Below are positions 18,754 to 28,440 of a DNA stretch of 64,000 nt, one piece after another; position 1 is the first letter of the stretch; each line of letters starts with the position of its first letter. The notes under the pieces are model-generated. The model was not told where the DNA came from. It saw nothing but the letters and a program-made list of their open reading frames with translations, and searched no databases. Origin of the DNA: a virus; the IMG/VR virus record IMGVR_UViG_3300037493_005685, positions 1-64,000 of that record; one strand, 5' to 3'. A program made the translations under genes and the position numbers.

Positions 18754-19356
18754 ATGAGACGTTTTATTCCTGGTCTATTTATGTTCGCGTTAACGACGCT
18801 AATGTTGTTAAATGTGAACGCTGCAGAACGCCCCTTATCTAAGGAGGCAAAGGGTGCCTGGATGACGGCCACCCCTGCAGAAGTTGAGACTGCTATCCAG
18901 CATATCCTGGAAACAGAGCCAGCCCATCATCTGAATAAAGATGATGACGCCCGAAAGAACATGGCGGATAAGATTGTTGAAGTGGGTCAAGCTATCAACG
19001 TTCCACCCCTTCTCATGTTATCCATTGTGTTCCGTGAGTCCTCGTTCGATGAAAAGGCTGTCGGTAAGCTGGGGGAACTTGGGCTTATGCAGGTAGCAAA
19101 GATTCATGTGCGGCACCTAGAGTGCGACATGAGCAATGCCGTGGGTCAGATGACCTGTGGGACAAAAATGTTGCGTGACGCCTTCGATATTTGCCACACT
19201 TGGAATGGGGCACTTACCCGGTACGCTACGAAGGCAGGACAGTGTACCAGCGATTCTCCTCACGTTATGAGCAAGGTGAACTTGCGCATGCGTGATTGGC
19301 AGCGCCTATCCATTGCGGTACAATCTCACCGTTATGAGGAAGGGACAGAGGAATAG
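18754..19356 (+). CDS. SLT-family lytic transglycosylase with signal peptide
   Basis: Catalytic RESSF and GELGLMQV; ALTRY motif; N-terminus MRRFIPGLFMFALTTLMLLNVNA; AAGGAGG SD. Confidence 0.88.
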   Translation: MRRFIPGLFMFALTTLMLLNVNAAERPLSKEAKGAWMTATPAEVETAIQHILETEPAHHLNKDDDARKNMADKIVEVGQAINVPPLLMLSIVFRESSFDEKAVGKLGELGLMQVAKIHVRHLECDMSNAVGQMTCGTKMLRDAFDICHTWNGALTRYATKAGQCTSDSPHVMSKVNLRMRDWQRLSIAVQSHRYEEGTEE

Positions 19357-19363
19357 TTTGAAC

Positions 19364-19511
19364 GGGTCTTTGTATTCATTGGCAACTGTGATCGCATGCA
19401 TACGCAGTAACTGCGTACTTTTATGCTTCGTGCCAGAGCGCACAATCCTTCACGTAGCTGGGTCGAGCTCGATGGAGCTCTCGGCCCTCAAAGCAATGAG
19501 TACAAAGGCCC
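19364..19511 (+). ncRNA. Structured RNA repeat unit 1 (family not recognised)
   Basis: 18-bp closing stem 19364-19381/19494-19511 with 2 G-U pairs; hairpin TACGCAG-TAA-CTGCGTA; CCCTCAAAGCAA box. Confidence 0.7.
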
Positions 19512-19519
19512 TACCCTTT

Positions 19520-19665
19520 TACAAGACCGTGTCGCTACAATGTTTGGACCATGACTTTTCCTAGCGTAGTAACTACGCTCCCTTTGTTTCTGCGGGTCGT
19601 CGCCCGGTGTATGCCCGATGCATGTATAGTCCCTCAAAGCAAACAAGTAGCGACACGGTCTTGTA
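19520..19665 (+). ncRNA. Structured RNA repeat unit 2
   Basis: 19-bp perfect plus 6-bp closing stem; hairpin AGCGTAG-TAA-CTACGCT; CCCTCAAAGCAA box. Confidence 0.7.
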
Positions 19666-19676
19666 GTTCTTTCCCT

Positions 19677-19826
19677 GAAAACCCTGCAGAGTAAGTTTGG
19701 TATTCGCTCGTTCGACGCAGTAACTGCGTCCCTTTATGTTTCGCGAAGACGCGGGTAAAACCACCCGAGGCTCTTTTCTCCGCCAGGACATACTAGCCCT
19801 CAAAAGCAAACCTCTGCAGGGTTTTC
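19677..19826 (+). ncRNA. Structured RNA repeat unit 3, followed by a U-tract
   Basis: 15-bp perfect plus 5-bp closing stem; hairpin GACGCAG-TAA-CTGCGTC; CCCTCAAAAGCAA box. Confidence 0.7.
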
Positions 19827-19869
19827 TTTTTGTTTTGCCTTTACAGCGTAACGCCATTAAACTCAGCCC

Positions 19870-20151
19870 ATGTTTACAGACAAAGAGAAGGTAGTCGGCG
19901 TCATCGACGTCACATCAGGCGGCATTCTCGTTACAGACGCTGTGTGGGCCAGCGCACTTCCTATCACAACTGACAGCAGTCTTACGCTGGACTTGAGTGT
20001 TCCAGCCGGTAAGATTCCTATTCTCTCACTTATGCGCGGGGGCAAGCGCCTACTCATCATTGATATCGATGGCATGTGGAAGAACACAAACATGGCCGAG
20101 AACGTGGAGGTAAGAAATCCACTCTCAAATGAGGAGGTAGAGAAATGGTGA
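19870..20151 (+). CDS. Hypothetical protein, probably leaderless
   Basis: TAAACT-N6-ATG. Confidence 0.65.
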   Translation: MFTDKEKVVGVIDVTSGGILVTDAVWASALPITTDSSLTLDLSVPAGKIPILSLMRGGKRLLIIDIDGMWKNTNMAENVEVRNPLSNEEVEKW

Positions 20152-20696
20152 TTGTTGGGATCCATGGGAAAGCCCGTAGCGGAAAGACTACGGCAGCAGA
20201 GTATCTCATGCGGGTACATGGGTTTATGCGCCTATCGTTTGCTGACGCCTTAAAAGAAGCAGCGCACCTTATCTTCGGCATACCCATGACGGAGCTCTAT
20301 AGCGACCAGAAATCCGAGTTCACACGTGATGTTCTTCAGAAGCTAGGCACGGATTGCTGCCGCACACTGGACCCTCAAGTATGGGTGAAAGCCTTGGACC
20401 GTAAGATAGGTGACCTCTACAAGTTCAAACCTGGCTCGAAGATAATCGTGGATGACGTCCGCTTTTTCAACGAAGCGGAAATGCTTAAAAACTGGGGAGC
20501 AGGCATCATAAAGCTTAAGGCAGGTCATGAAGATGACCTGACTACCGAAGAGCAAAAGAAACACCTCAGTGAAGTTGACATGGATAGAGTTCCTGAGTCA
20601 TTCTTTACCGCTACGTACATTAACAGCGGAACAAAAGAGGAGCTCTACCAATTCATGGATACCGCCGTGTACCTGACCACACGAGGTGCTGTATGA
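20145..20696 (+). CDS. Deoxynucleoside monophosphate kinase (T4 gp1-like)
   Basis: GKARSGKTT P-loop, SFADALKE, RDVLQKLGT, DDVRFFNEA. Confidence 0.9.
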   Translation: MVIVGIHGKARSGKTTAAEYLMRVHGFMRLSFADALKEAAHLIFGIPMTELYSDQKSEFTRDVLQKLGTDCCRTLDPQVWVKALDRKIGDLYKFKPGSKIIVDDVRFFNEAEMLKNWGAGIIKLKAGHEDDLTTEEQKKHLSEVDMDRVPESFFTATYINSGTKEELYQFMDTAVYLTTRGAV

Positions 20697-21124
20697 TTCA
20701 GCACGACGCACTCCCAGCTGACCCAGACCACCTTGAGAAATTTATAGTGCCCGCTGAACTAACTATTGGAGTAAGCGCGTTCATAAGAATATTTCAAGAA
20801 AATGAGTACGTAGGAGAGGCCGTGTCTTTGGAGAAAGTAGCGAATATTTCGCATGCTTGGATGCTAAGTCATGTTATAATGTTTAGGCCGGTAGACTTTA
20901 ACGTACTAGTAACGGTAAAAACTAGCGTGTCTTCAGCCTCAACTTTAGGCTACTTTGATACTGAAGGTTGGACAGTAACTGCTTTTAGAAGCGCACCATT
21001 ACATGAGACTTCTTATACAGGTATGTTGTCAAAGAATGCTGTAACACGAGACTACGTTGCAGCTGATATCCTCGTATTTGAGCAGCTAGGCTTTAAAACC
21101 GACAAAAAAGGAGAGACCCTATGA
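20693..21124 (+). CDS. Hypothetical protein
   Basis: ATGA-coupled on both sides. Confidence 0.6.
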   Translation: MIQHDALPADPDHLEKFIVPAELTIGVSAFIRIFQENEYVGEAVSLEKVANISHAWMLSHVIMFRPVDFNVLVTVKTSVSSASTLGYFDTEGWTVTAFRSAPLHETSYTGMLSKNAVTRDYVAADILVFEQLGFKTDKKGETL

Positions 21125-21738
21125 ACAATCAACGTCCCCAGCTCCAAGGTATGCCCGGTGGTCGCGCCCCTCAGCAGCAGCCCACGCCTGAGCAAGCACG
21201 CATGCAGATGAACCCCATGCCCAACGACAAGAACCTCATCCCTACGCTGCGTGGGCTGCAGCAGTGCAAGATTGCCGCTGAGCAAAACGGCATGAACAAG
21301 ATTCTCACCGAGCTTGTTCAGACACACGACGAGAAGCATCTCCCGCTCATCTCTGAGGCCATCTTCGAAGGTATGAAGTCTGAGTTCGCGTGTCGCAAGA
21401 TGCTCGAGGAGCGTACGATGGCCAACCTCTCAGAGGACCCGGCGCTGTCGGCGATGCTGGGTGAGCTGCGCACCATCGAAGAGAAGATGGAGTCGCTGCA
21501 GCAAGAGCTGGATACCAACGCCAGGCGCATGCAAGAGCTCAGCAAGAACCTCTGGACGACCACAGTGAAGAACTACGGTCTCACTCCCGAGCAGCGCTCC
21601 TACACCTTTAACGAAGATGGCGGCGTGGTGAAGCAGGTGTCTCTCAACTGTGACGCCTGCCCTGTGTTCCAGAGCACCGTTGAGATGCGGAAGAAGCTGG
21701 CGGCTGCGCTGCTCTCACACGGACAAAACAATGGCTGA
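21121..21738 (+). CDS. Coiled-coil protein with Q/P-rich N-terminus
   Basis: GGAG SD, heptad pattern, CDAC. Confidence 0.7.
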   Translation: MNNQRPQLQGMPGGRAPQQQPTPEQARMQMNPMPNDKNLIPTLRGLQQCKIAAEQNGMNKILTELVQTHDEKHLPLISEAIFEGMKSEFACRKMLEERTMANLSEDPALSAMLGELRTIEEKMESLQQELDTNARRMQELSKNLWTTTVKNYGLTPEQRSYTFNEDGGVVKQVSLNCDACPVFQSTVEMRKKLAAALLSHGQNNG

Positions 21739-21988
21739 CGAGCAGCCAAAGAAGATGAAGGCTAGCATCGAGTTCGAGATCGTTGAGGGTGCTGGCATCG
21801 ACGCTGACTCTTTCCTGTTTACCCTAGACGGTAAGCTCATTGGTTGTATGGATAACTTTGAGCTAAGGGTAAATAAAGACGAGAAGATAGGCATGCTGTA
21901 CTTTACTCAAAACCGCATTGTTCCTGGAACAGGCGTGCACGAGTTTACTGGAACGATGCTTAAAGAGGAGCACAAGTCAGATGACTGA
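21731..21988 (+). CDS. Hypothetical protein (MADEQ...)
   Basis: Overlaps both neighbours in operon fashion. Confidence 0.65.
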   Translation: MADEQPKKMKASIEFEIVEGAGIDADSFLFTLDGKLIGCMDNFELRVNKDEKIGMLYFTQNRIVPGTGVHEFTGTMLKEEHKSDD

Positions 21989-22370
21989 CAACGAAGCCCA
22001 GCTAGAACACGTCAGGCTCAACCACAATCTCTTCCGCGAGATGCAGCACCCGGCGTTCAAGAGCAAGAAGTTCCTGGCGTTCTTTATCTACGAGATTCTC
22101 TCCGCCGGTATGGCTGCACTTACCGTGTGGAAGCAGCCCAACCTCGACTGGCCCTTGGCTGGCTACATGCTCGGCATCGCCTTCTCTATGGGCGCTGCCG
22201 CGATGTGGTATCTCGGAAAGCAAGCCGCGACGGATATGTATGTTCGTGGGTTTGCTATGGTCGCTGGGAAGCCTGGCGTAACCAAAGAAGAAGTCGAAGA
22301 GCAGATCAAGCAGTCCGTACCTCCTGCCGCCAGCCACCTTGGTGGAGTTGAATATACCTCGCGTCCCTAA
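21981..22370 (+). CDS. Holin-like two-TM membrane protein
   Basis: KSKKFLAFF followed by two hydrophobic helices and YLGKQAATD. Confidence 0.55.
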   Translation: MTDNEAQLEHVRLNHNLFREMQHPAFKSKKFLAFFIYEILSAGMAALTVWKQPNLDWPLAGYMLGIAFSMGAAAMWYLGKQAATDMYVRGFAMVAGKPGVTKEEVEEQIKQSVPPAASHLGGVEYTSRP

Positions 22371-22376
22371 GAGCAA

Positions 22377-22405
22377 AAGAAAGGGAGCTCAAAGCTCCCT
22401 TTCTT
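22377..22405. terminator. Bidirectional terminator between convergent operons
   Basis: AAGAAAGGGAGCT-CAA-AGCTCCCTTTCTT. Confidence 0.85.
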
Positions 22406-22407
22406 CG

Positions 22408-23031
22408 TTACGGCCTCTCTGGTTTGTCTTTGACGATATCCTCAAAGAGTACGTGGTGCGACGTTGGGATTGCCGTGTGCATATCCCAAGCGAGATTACG
22501 GTACTCAAGGAGAACGTCTTTGTTCAGGCGGGTGTTAAAGAGGTTGCGCAAAGACCGCGCATTGATTGTGAAGATAAGCTGGGTGTACATCGCTTCAGGG
22601 ATTGCGTACTTCGCGAGGTCGTTGGGGATACCGCACATAACAATCTCACGTAAGTTCTGCATCTGGCATAATGACGCGCTGTCTACCACAGAGTTGCCTG
22701 TGTGATAGTACAGCTCTTCCACGTCTGTTTCTTTACGGAGTAATTTCCCCAGAGTGAACCTAGAGCTCTGGACGCTCTCGACAGCGATGCGTGTCCTCGA
22801 GAACTCCTGAAGACACGCGCGAGATAGCGCAATCTCGAACGTGAAGACACAGTGCTCAAGGACGCTGGTGTGGCCGCTGTTGATGCAGCGAACAATGAGG
22901 TCTCGGTCTTTAGGACCAAGATCCCAACTAAGCTCGTCCGTATCCGACTTGTCTTGAGATGCTTTGCACATCCTTATCGCTTCGACAACTGCGATGAGGG
23001 GTGTGAATCGAAGTATCTTAGCGGCTGTCAT
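22408..23031 (-). CDS. thyX: FAD-dependent thymidylate synthase
   Basis: GHTSVLEH, SRACLQEFSRTR..SVQSSRF (RHRx7S motif with H to T), AKYAIP, NARSLRNLF..RL. Confidence 0.9.
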   Translation of the reverse strand: MTAAKILRFTPLIAVVEAIRMCKASQDKSDTDELSWDLGPKDRDLIVRCINSGHTSVLEHCVFTFEIALSRACLQEFSRTRIAVESVQSSRFTLGKLLRKETDVEELYYHTGNSVVDSASLCQMQNLREIVMCGIPNDLAKYAIPEAMYTQLIFTINARSLRNLFNTRLNKDVLLEYRNLAWDMHTAIPTSHHVLFEDIVKDKPERP

Positions 23032-23222
23032 TCTGTTTTTCTCCTAGGAATCTTGAGAGCTTCTTCTCTCAGTAAGAACTCAAAGAACTCAGCCACCAAC
23101 AAGCGGGGACTACATACCTCAAGGGGCTTTTCTGCTTCCTTCATATAGATAAAGAAGCGGTCAACGTAGCTGCCCGTTCGTTTTGTGTACTGTTCCTTTT
23201 CTGTTAGCTCGGGCATAGGCAC
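23028..23222 (-). CDS. Hypothetical protein
   Basis: Coupled between the DHH gene and thyX. Confidence 0.55.
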   Translation of the reverse strand: MPMPELTEKEQYTKRTGSYVDRFFIYMKEAEKPLEVCSPRLLVAEFFEFLLREEALKIPRRKTE

Positions 23223-24211
23223 AGCAGCTTCCCCATCAAGAACTCCCAGCTCGTCTGGAAGCCCGCCGCGCCTTTGTGTTCGCCACCACCTGGGAATGGC
23301 CCAGCCTCGCCACAGCGCTTTGCTATTGCGCCGCAGTCAATATCTGGGTTAGTGGAGTAAAGGCTGACCGTGACCTTGCTGGTGTTCTCGTATGCGAAGC
23401 CGAGCATAATCTCGTGCTTCTCTGCGTTGTAAACACTGGCGAAGCGGTCGCTGCCTCGAGCTCCCATGTTGGCTGCTATCACCTTGTATATGGTGGACGC
23501 CGGAACCGGATGCTCGTATGGGACAACGAGCTTGGCATCGAATGCACGGCTCTTCATGAGGGCTGCGCTCTCGTATTTCTCGTACGCCTTAACCCTACGA
23601 CCCGTATCTACGATGTCCCACGGAGAAATCTTAGGGGCAGGTCCTGAACCGGTACAGTGGCTCGTTAAATCCATAAACCACGCGATGACTTCCTCAGACG
23701 TAAAGGTGTCAAATCCCGCTTTGAAATGTGGCGCAGTACTGTTCTCAATCTTTACATGACGCCAGGTATCCCAGTCGCCGACGAGCTTGATGGCGTCTGG
23801 GGCTTCGTGGCAGAGCTCTTCTAGTTCGCTGAGAGACCTGTCGGGAAGTCTGAACCACGCCCACGTCAACTCTGCGCCGCAGTAACCATCGAGGCGTACG
23901 CCGTCATAGCCCCAGGATAGTCCCTTCTCTTGCTGCAACAGCTTATAGGCGCTGATGCTGCTGGCGTGGTGGTCAATCCAGATGAACTTGTCCACACTGT
24001 TGGCCAGAGCTTCCATGGCTGCATCGAAGGGCTGCAGCGAGAAGTCCAACATGTAAACCGTGTCCTGCTGGTTGAACACATCCGGCAGCGTCATGCCGTA
24101 GTTCATCTCGATGAAGTTGGGGTGTATACCCTGCTTATCAAGGAACGCTTTGGCTATGCCTGCGCTGGCGTAGCCGTCGAGGTCGTTGTGGTGGATGATG
24201 TGTGTGGTCAT
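23204..24211 (-). CDS. DHH/DHHA1 phosphoesterase (NrnB-like)
   Basis: HHNDLDG, LDFS, WIDHH, GGGEHKGAAG. Confidence 0.9.
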   Translation of the reverse strand: MTTHIIHHNDLDGYASAGIAKAFLDKQGIHPNFIEMNYGMTLPDVFNQQDTVYMLDFSLQPFDAAMEALANSVDKFIWIDHHASSISAYKLLQQEKGLSWGYDGVRLDGYCGAELTWAWFRLPDRSLSELEELCHEAPDAIKLVGDWDTWRHVKIENSTAPHFKAGFDTFTSEEVIAWFMDLTSHCTGSGPAPKISPWDIVDTGRRVKAYEKYESAALMKSRAFDAKLVVPYEHPVPASTIYKVIAANMGARGSDRFASVYNAEKHEIMLGFAYENTSKVTVSLYSTNPDIDCGAIAKRCGEAGPFPGGGEHKGAAGFQTSWEFLMGKLLCLCPS

Positions 24212-24436
24212 TAGTCCTCCTTGAGTATGTCCTTTATCTCTTCATCTGAAAATCCTGTTTTATCCTGTGAGCAATGCGGGCACAGGTCTTGCGCTGCGGT
24301 ACACTCAGGTGTGGCCTTCGTCCGCGTCCACCCCAGAGCCTTGAGCTTCTTACGGGCTTTAGCTGCTGTCTCTATTGAGCGCTCCCAGGTGTTGCAGGCG
24401 TCGCACCAGATTGTCACTTCGTGGGTGAGGCTCACA

Positions 24437-24727
24437 TCAGTCCTCCTCAGTAAAGTGACTGCACACGAGCTCCATGCGCTCTTTCCACTCAAATCCCTTA
24501 TCCCGCTCGCACTTGAGATAGTCCTCGCGGAATGTGTCTGCGGCTTCGTAGCAGGAGTCCAAAATCTTGGTCACGTCGGCTAGTTGCTTGTTCACGGCGT
24601 CGAGTTGTTGATGGAGTTCTGCTGTCTCAGCTCGGTGGATGCTTGCCGTCTTAACTGCAAAGACGACAACAGAAGTCCCGCAGCACGCAATCAATGCGAG
24701 GATTGATATGGACCAGGTCTTTATCAT
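24437..24727 (-). CDS. N-terminal TM plus coiled-coil protein
   Basis: Hydrophobic N-terminus followed by heptads. Confidence 0.55.
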   Translation of the reverse strand: MIKTWSISILALIACCGTSVVVFAVKTASIHRAETAELHQQLDAVNKQLADVTKILDSCYEAADTFREDYLKCERDKGFEWKERMELVCSHFTEED

Positions 24728-25155
24728 TTTCCCTCCGTCAGCAGCTGAGCCATATAAGACAAAGATAACAGCTGCTTCTCAGTCATGTATCCCTTCATGA
24801 GCAGGATGGCTGACTTGTACGCTTCAATCTCCTCGCGCTGCTTGGCTATGGTGTCAATGAGGCTCTGCACGTCTGGGTACACAACGGGGTATACAGGAGC
24901 AGATTTCTCATCCATAGGAGGCAGGGGGCAGGCGTAGCTGTAGGTGCCTTCAGTTGTCATCGTTGGCCTCACTCTCATCCAACTCAAGCTTGATACGCTC
25001 CTCACGCGCCTCATCTTCTTGAGCTGCATCCAGGCGCTCCTCCACGTATTCCTTAAGCTCCTCAAGAACCTCGATATAATCCTCACGGGAGAGCTCCGAG
25101 GTTTCGTTAGCAATGTTATTACAAATGCGGCTGATGGTGTTGGGGGCTATGGGCA

Positions 25156-25482
25156 TTATTCTTCTTCCTCTTCTTCCTCTGTGTCTTCGTCTTCAACGGC
25201 TTCGCTGTTCTTCAAGCGAGCAGCCGCAAACCTGTCCGCACACGCCTGGCGCTGCTCGGGCGTCATGGGGCGCACGACGTCTGACTTTAACTGCATTCCC
25301 ATCTTCTTGGGAGAGTAAAGTTCCCAATCTCTGTCTGGATTGAGAGCAGCGTAGGGCATCCAGTTATATAGTGGACACCTTTGGTTGAGACAGTCCACCT
25401 TGCCATCTACGTAGTGCCCCATGCAGTCGTGGCATTTGGAGAGTATGGCTTGCTTCATCGAGACTTTTTTCTTTTCGCCCAT
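25156..25482 (-). CDS. Cys-rich phage protein with acidic tail
   Basis: AILSKCHDC...VDC...CPLY pattern. Confidence 0.65.
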   Translation of the reverse strand: MGEKKKVSMKQAILSKCHDCMGHYVDGKVDCLNQRCPLYNWMPYAALNPDRDWELYSPKKMGMQLKSDVVRPMTPEQRQACADRFAAARLKNSEAVEDEDTEEEEEEE

Positions 25483-25721
25483 TCAGTCCTCCTTACATAG
25501 CAGGTTCTCAAGGTCTCTTAGTTCTTTGGATATCCTAGCATAGCTAGCATCCGCCCTGTTAACGCGTTCTTCGTCTTCTTTAAGAAGAAAGGATAAGCGC
25601 ACCGCAGCCTGCTTATGGTTCTCGATGCTGGCCCTTAAGGTCATAATCTCTCGCCATATTTCTTCTCTGTATCTGTTCTTATGAATGAAATCTTCTAGGA
25701 TAGAATACTTGCTAGGCATTG

Positions 25722-26096
25722 TTACGCGCTCTCCTTATTGCGCAGTTTGCGCCAGTGGTTGCGTAGATTTCTGTCCGCTATTTCTTTGTGCTCATGGCTC
25801 CAATTTCCAAGGATGATAAGTCGCGTGGCCCAGTATTGATTTATCTCGTTCTCAGTAAGGAACTTGCGCTCGTAGTAATCAGAAGAACTCCACTCCTCAT
25901 ACTGCTCAAAATCTTTAAGAGTCTTAACCTCAAGAGAAGAACTGCTGCTACAATCATCGCATAGCTCTAGCCTCAATGGAATATCCCAAAGATTTCTCAA
26001 ATTATTCTCCTTCCTTACACGCTGTGAACGCCTAGTGACCATCATGTGTTCACGGCCGCATTGTGTACAAATGTGCATCGAAGAGATGAATGGCAT
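25722..26096 (-). CDS. Zinc-finger hypothetical protein, first gene of a promoter-headed unit
   Basis: CTQC...CDDC; AAGGAG SD; TTGGTATGAG motif upstream. Confidence 0.6.
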   Translation of the reverse strand: MPFISSMHICTQCGREHMMVTRRSQRVRKENNLRNLWDIPLRLELCDDCSSSSSLEVKTLKDFEQYEEWSSSDYYERKFLTENEINQYWATRLIILGNWSHEHKEIADRNLRNHWRKLRNKESA

Positions 26097-27822
26097 TATT
26101 GACTCCTTTGCTTTGGGTTTAGAAGCCCTTTGCTCCTAGACGTATACTCATACCAATATTACATGGGACTATTTAAGAAACGGCTGGCAGCAAAAAAGGG
26201 CCTGTCACCGTTGTGACAAGACCGACAGACCCTTTAAAACCCACAGCATTATGGGTTTTACATCTTCAGCGAGACTCCCACAACTAAACGACCAACGACG
26301 TCAAGCTGCTCTACCTTAGGTGTGCGATACCTGAGACCAGACGAGTCTTTACAGAGAACCAAGTACCGGTCACTCGCTGCGTACCGCAACCCGTGCATGC
26401 GCACTCCGCGTCCTTTGTTCTCTGGAGGCAGGTAGTTATAGAGGTCTCTCCCGGAAGGTATGAAGCCCACAACGTTGCCATCTAGAATGCGCCCCTGGTA
26501 GTCCCAGGATACTCGGTCACCTTGGTTGAATCTATTGGCCATTACCGTGTAATTCCGCCCTACGGAATTCCTTCTGTAGCTGGGCTGATAGGTGCTTGCT
26601 GGTTATGAACAACGTAACGCCGTATTTCTTTCCGAGTAACAAATCTATGGTATCGTAACCGTTAGTCTTTGCAATCATGTTTATAGCTTTAAGGTCATGA
26701 GCTGGAACCGGACCCCTCACACGCACGCTGTCCCCCCACACTTCTACGGTGTATTCAGCTGGCATGTTGTTACCTTTGTATTGCTCCCCAGGCGTCAATG
26801 ATGCTGTCCAGTAGTGATTCCTCCGCCTCGATGTGAACTACGTCGCCGTTGGCCATATTGAGAGATAGCTGCCCCAAAGAGTTGCTAGGAGCATATTCTG
26901 TTATGGTTACCACGTGCTTAAGACTAACCCATTTTGTGTGCGCTGCCACACAAGTGGATTCTACCGTCATTACGCCGTTATCAAGTAATATAGCCGACTT
27001 GTAGGTCTCGTACACTGAATGCCTCCTCTACGCTTTTACGGAACGAGCTACGATATCAGAAGCAATCAACACATCGATGTTTGGGAAATAGTAGATAGAC
27101 GCACCACAGAACAACCTCAAGGAAGAACTATTACCTTCGAAGACGCACGAGTCTATACTAGACATCCTAATATAGACATGCTTGTCCCTACAGATTTCGC
27201 CCTTCACGTAGGTCGGCGTGTGCTTCACGTACTTCAGCGTAGTGACGGGATTGCTCATCATAGTACTCTCCAGAAATCAGCTTCAAGCATTCCTTGAATA
27301 CCTTGTCTCTGGAAAGTGTACGGCTAACTACGCGAGCAACGCGGCGGTCTAGATTCAGGTTTGCGGCTACATTGATTGTCGCAATAACCTCGTCACAGAG
27401 CTTCTTTGCTTCGGCTTCTAGTACTGGGGCGTTTATCGCTCTTAGGCTCCACGGCTTTCCGTTCTCTAGTTCGCTTGAGGGGACTATTTGTACTCGCATC
27501 CTTCACCTCTTTTTTGTTTTCGGCGTGTAGGTCATAGATGTCCTTGATGATTCTTCCGTAGCGGGCTTGCATCTCATCGATGTGGCTCACCTCCAAGAAG
27601 ACGCAAAGGGTCTCATCGTAAAAGTGAAAGGCGTCTAAAAGCTGGTTGCTGTAAAATGTACGTAGGACTAAACGGAGCTTTAAGAGGCTCGGAAAAGTGT
27701 CTCTATGAGTCACGCTCTCTACTCTGTAGATGTTGTCATCGATAGAGAACTTTTTGTCTAACCAAACAAGGTCACCCTTTGTAAAGCCCTTAAGCTTACT
27801 GACGATTGGACTTCTTGGCATA

Positions 27823-28440
27823 TTACCTACTTAGAAAGGTCACAACGTCTTGTGACCAGGCTTCTAGGCGCTCGAAGCTTTCTGGGAGCATGAGCTGTTG
27901 AGGGCGCATCCAGCTGACGATAGTACAATCCTCTGCTGCTGGCGCAGCTGTCTCAGTCGGCGCTCCGAATGCGTAAACAACGCCGAAGTGAACCGAATTG
28001 ACAGTCGTATCCGTTCTGCGAATGAAACCTCGAAGTGTAAAGTCCGTGGGTAGGGCAGTTCTCGCGCGGCTACCAGTAAAAACGAATTCCTCGTTGACTT
28101 CTCGAGCTGCAGCAACTGTAAAAATGTCATCCCCAGTGTTGTCCACGGGGTTGATGTGTCCACCAACACCGACCGACCATTTAGAGTGTAGACGAGATTC
28201 CCCTCCTTTTGTTGTTCTCTCATAAACCAGCACTGCGGGCTTCCATCCGTATACGTAGGCATAGGGAATCACCTGTAGAATGGTGGGGTCGAACTCAGCT
28301 TCTTTACGCGGTACAAACGACGACGCGCTTCGAATCTCACTGAGAAGATTTCTATACTGTGGCTTGTAAGCTTTGAAGCCCTCGAAGTCATAATCGTGCA
28401 GAATCCTCGCAGGGAACACCAATACTTCTTCTTCCATCAT
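27823..28440 (-). CDS. NUDIX-fold predicted phosphoesterase (COG4112-like)
   Basis: QVIPY, GGESRLH, SVGVGGHINP, REVNEE, VHFGVVY. Confidence 0.85.
   Translation of the reverse strand: MMEEEVLVFPARILHDYDFEGFKAYKPQYRNLLSEIRSASSFVPRKEAEFDPTILQVIPYAYVYGWKPAVLVYERTTKGGESRLHSKWSVGVGGHINPVDNTGDDIFTVAAAREVNEEFVFTGSRARTALPTDFTLRGFIRRTDTTVNSVHFGVVYAFGAPTETAAPAAEDCTIVSWMRPQQLMLPESFERLEAWSQDVVTFLSR

Noticed and set aside
19292-19857. ORFs 19292..19564 (+) and 19573..19857 (-), which both contain YKTVSL
   Set aside because: The shared peptide is a by-product of the 19-bp inverted repeat of RNA unit 2. Neither ORF has a good SD, and structured RNA explains the region better.
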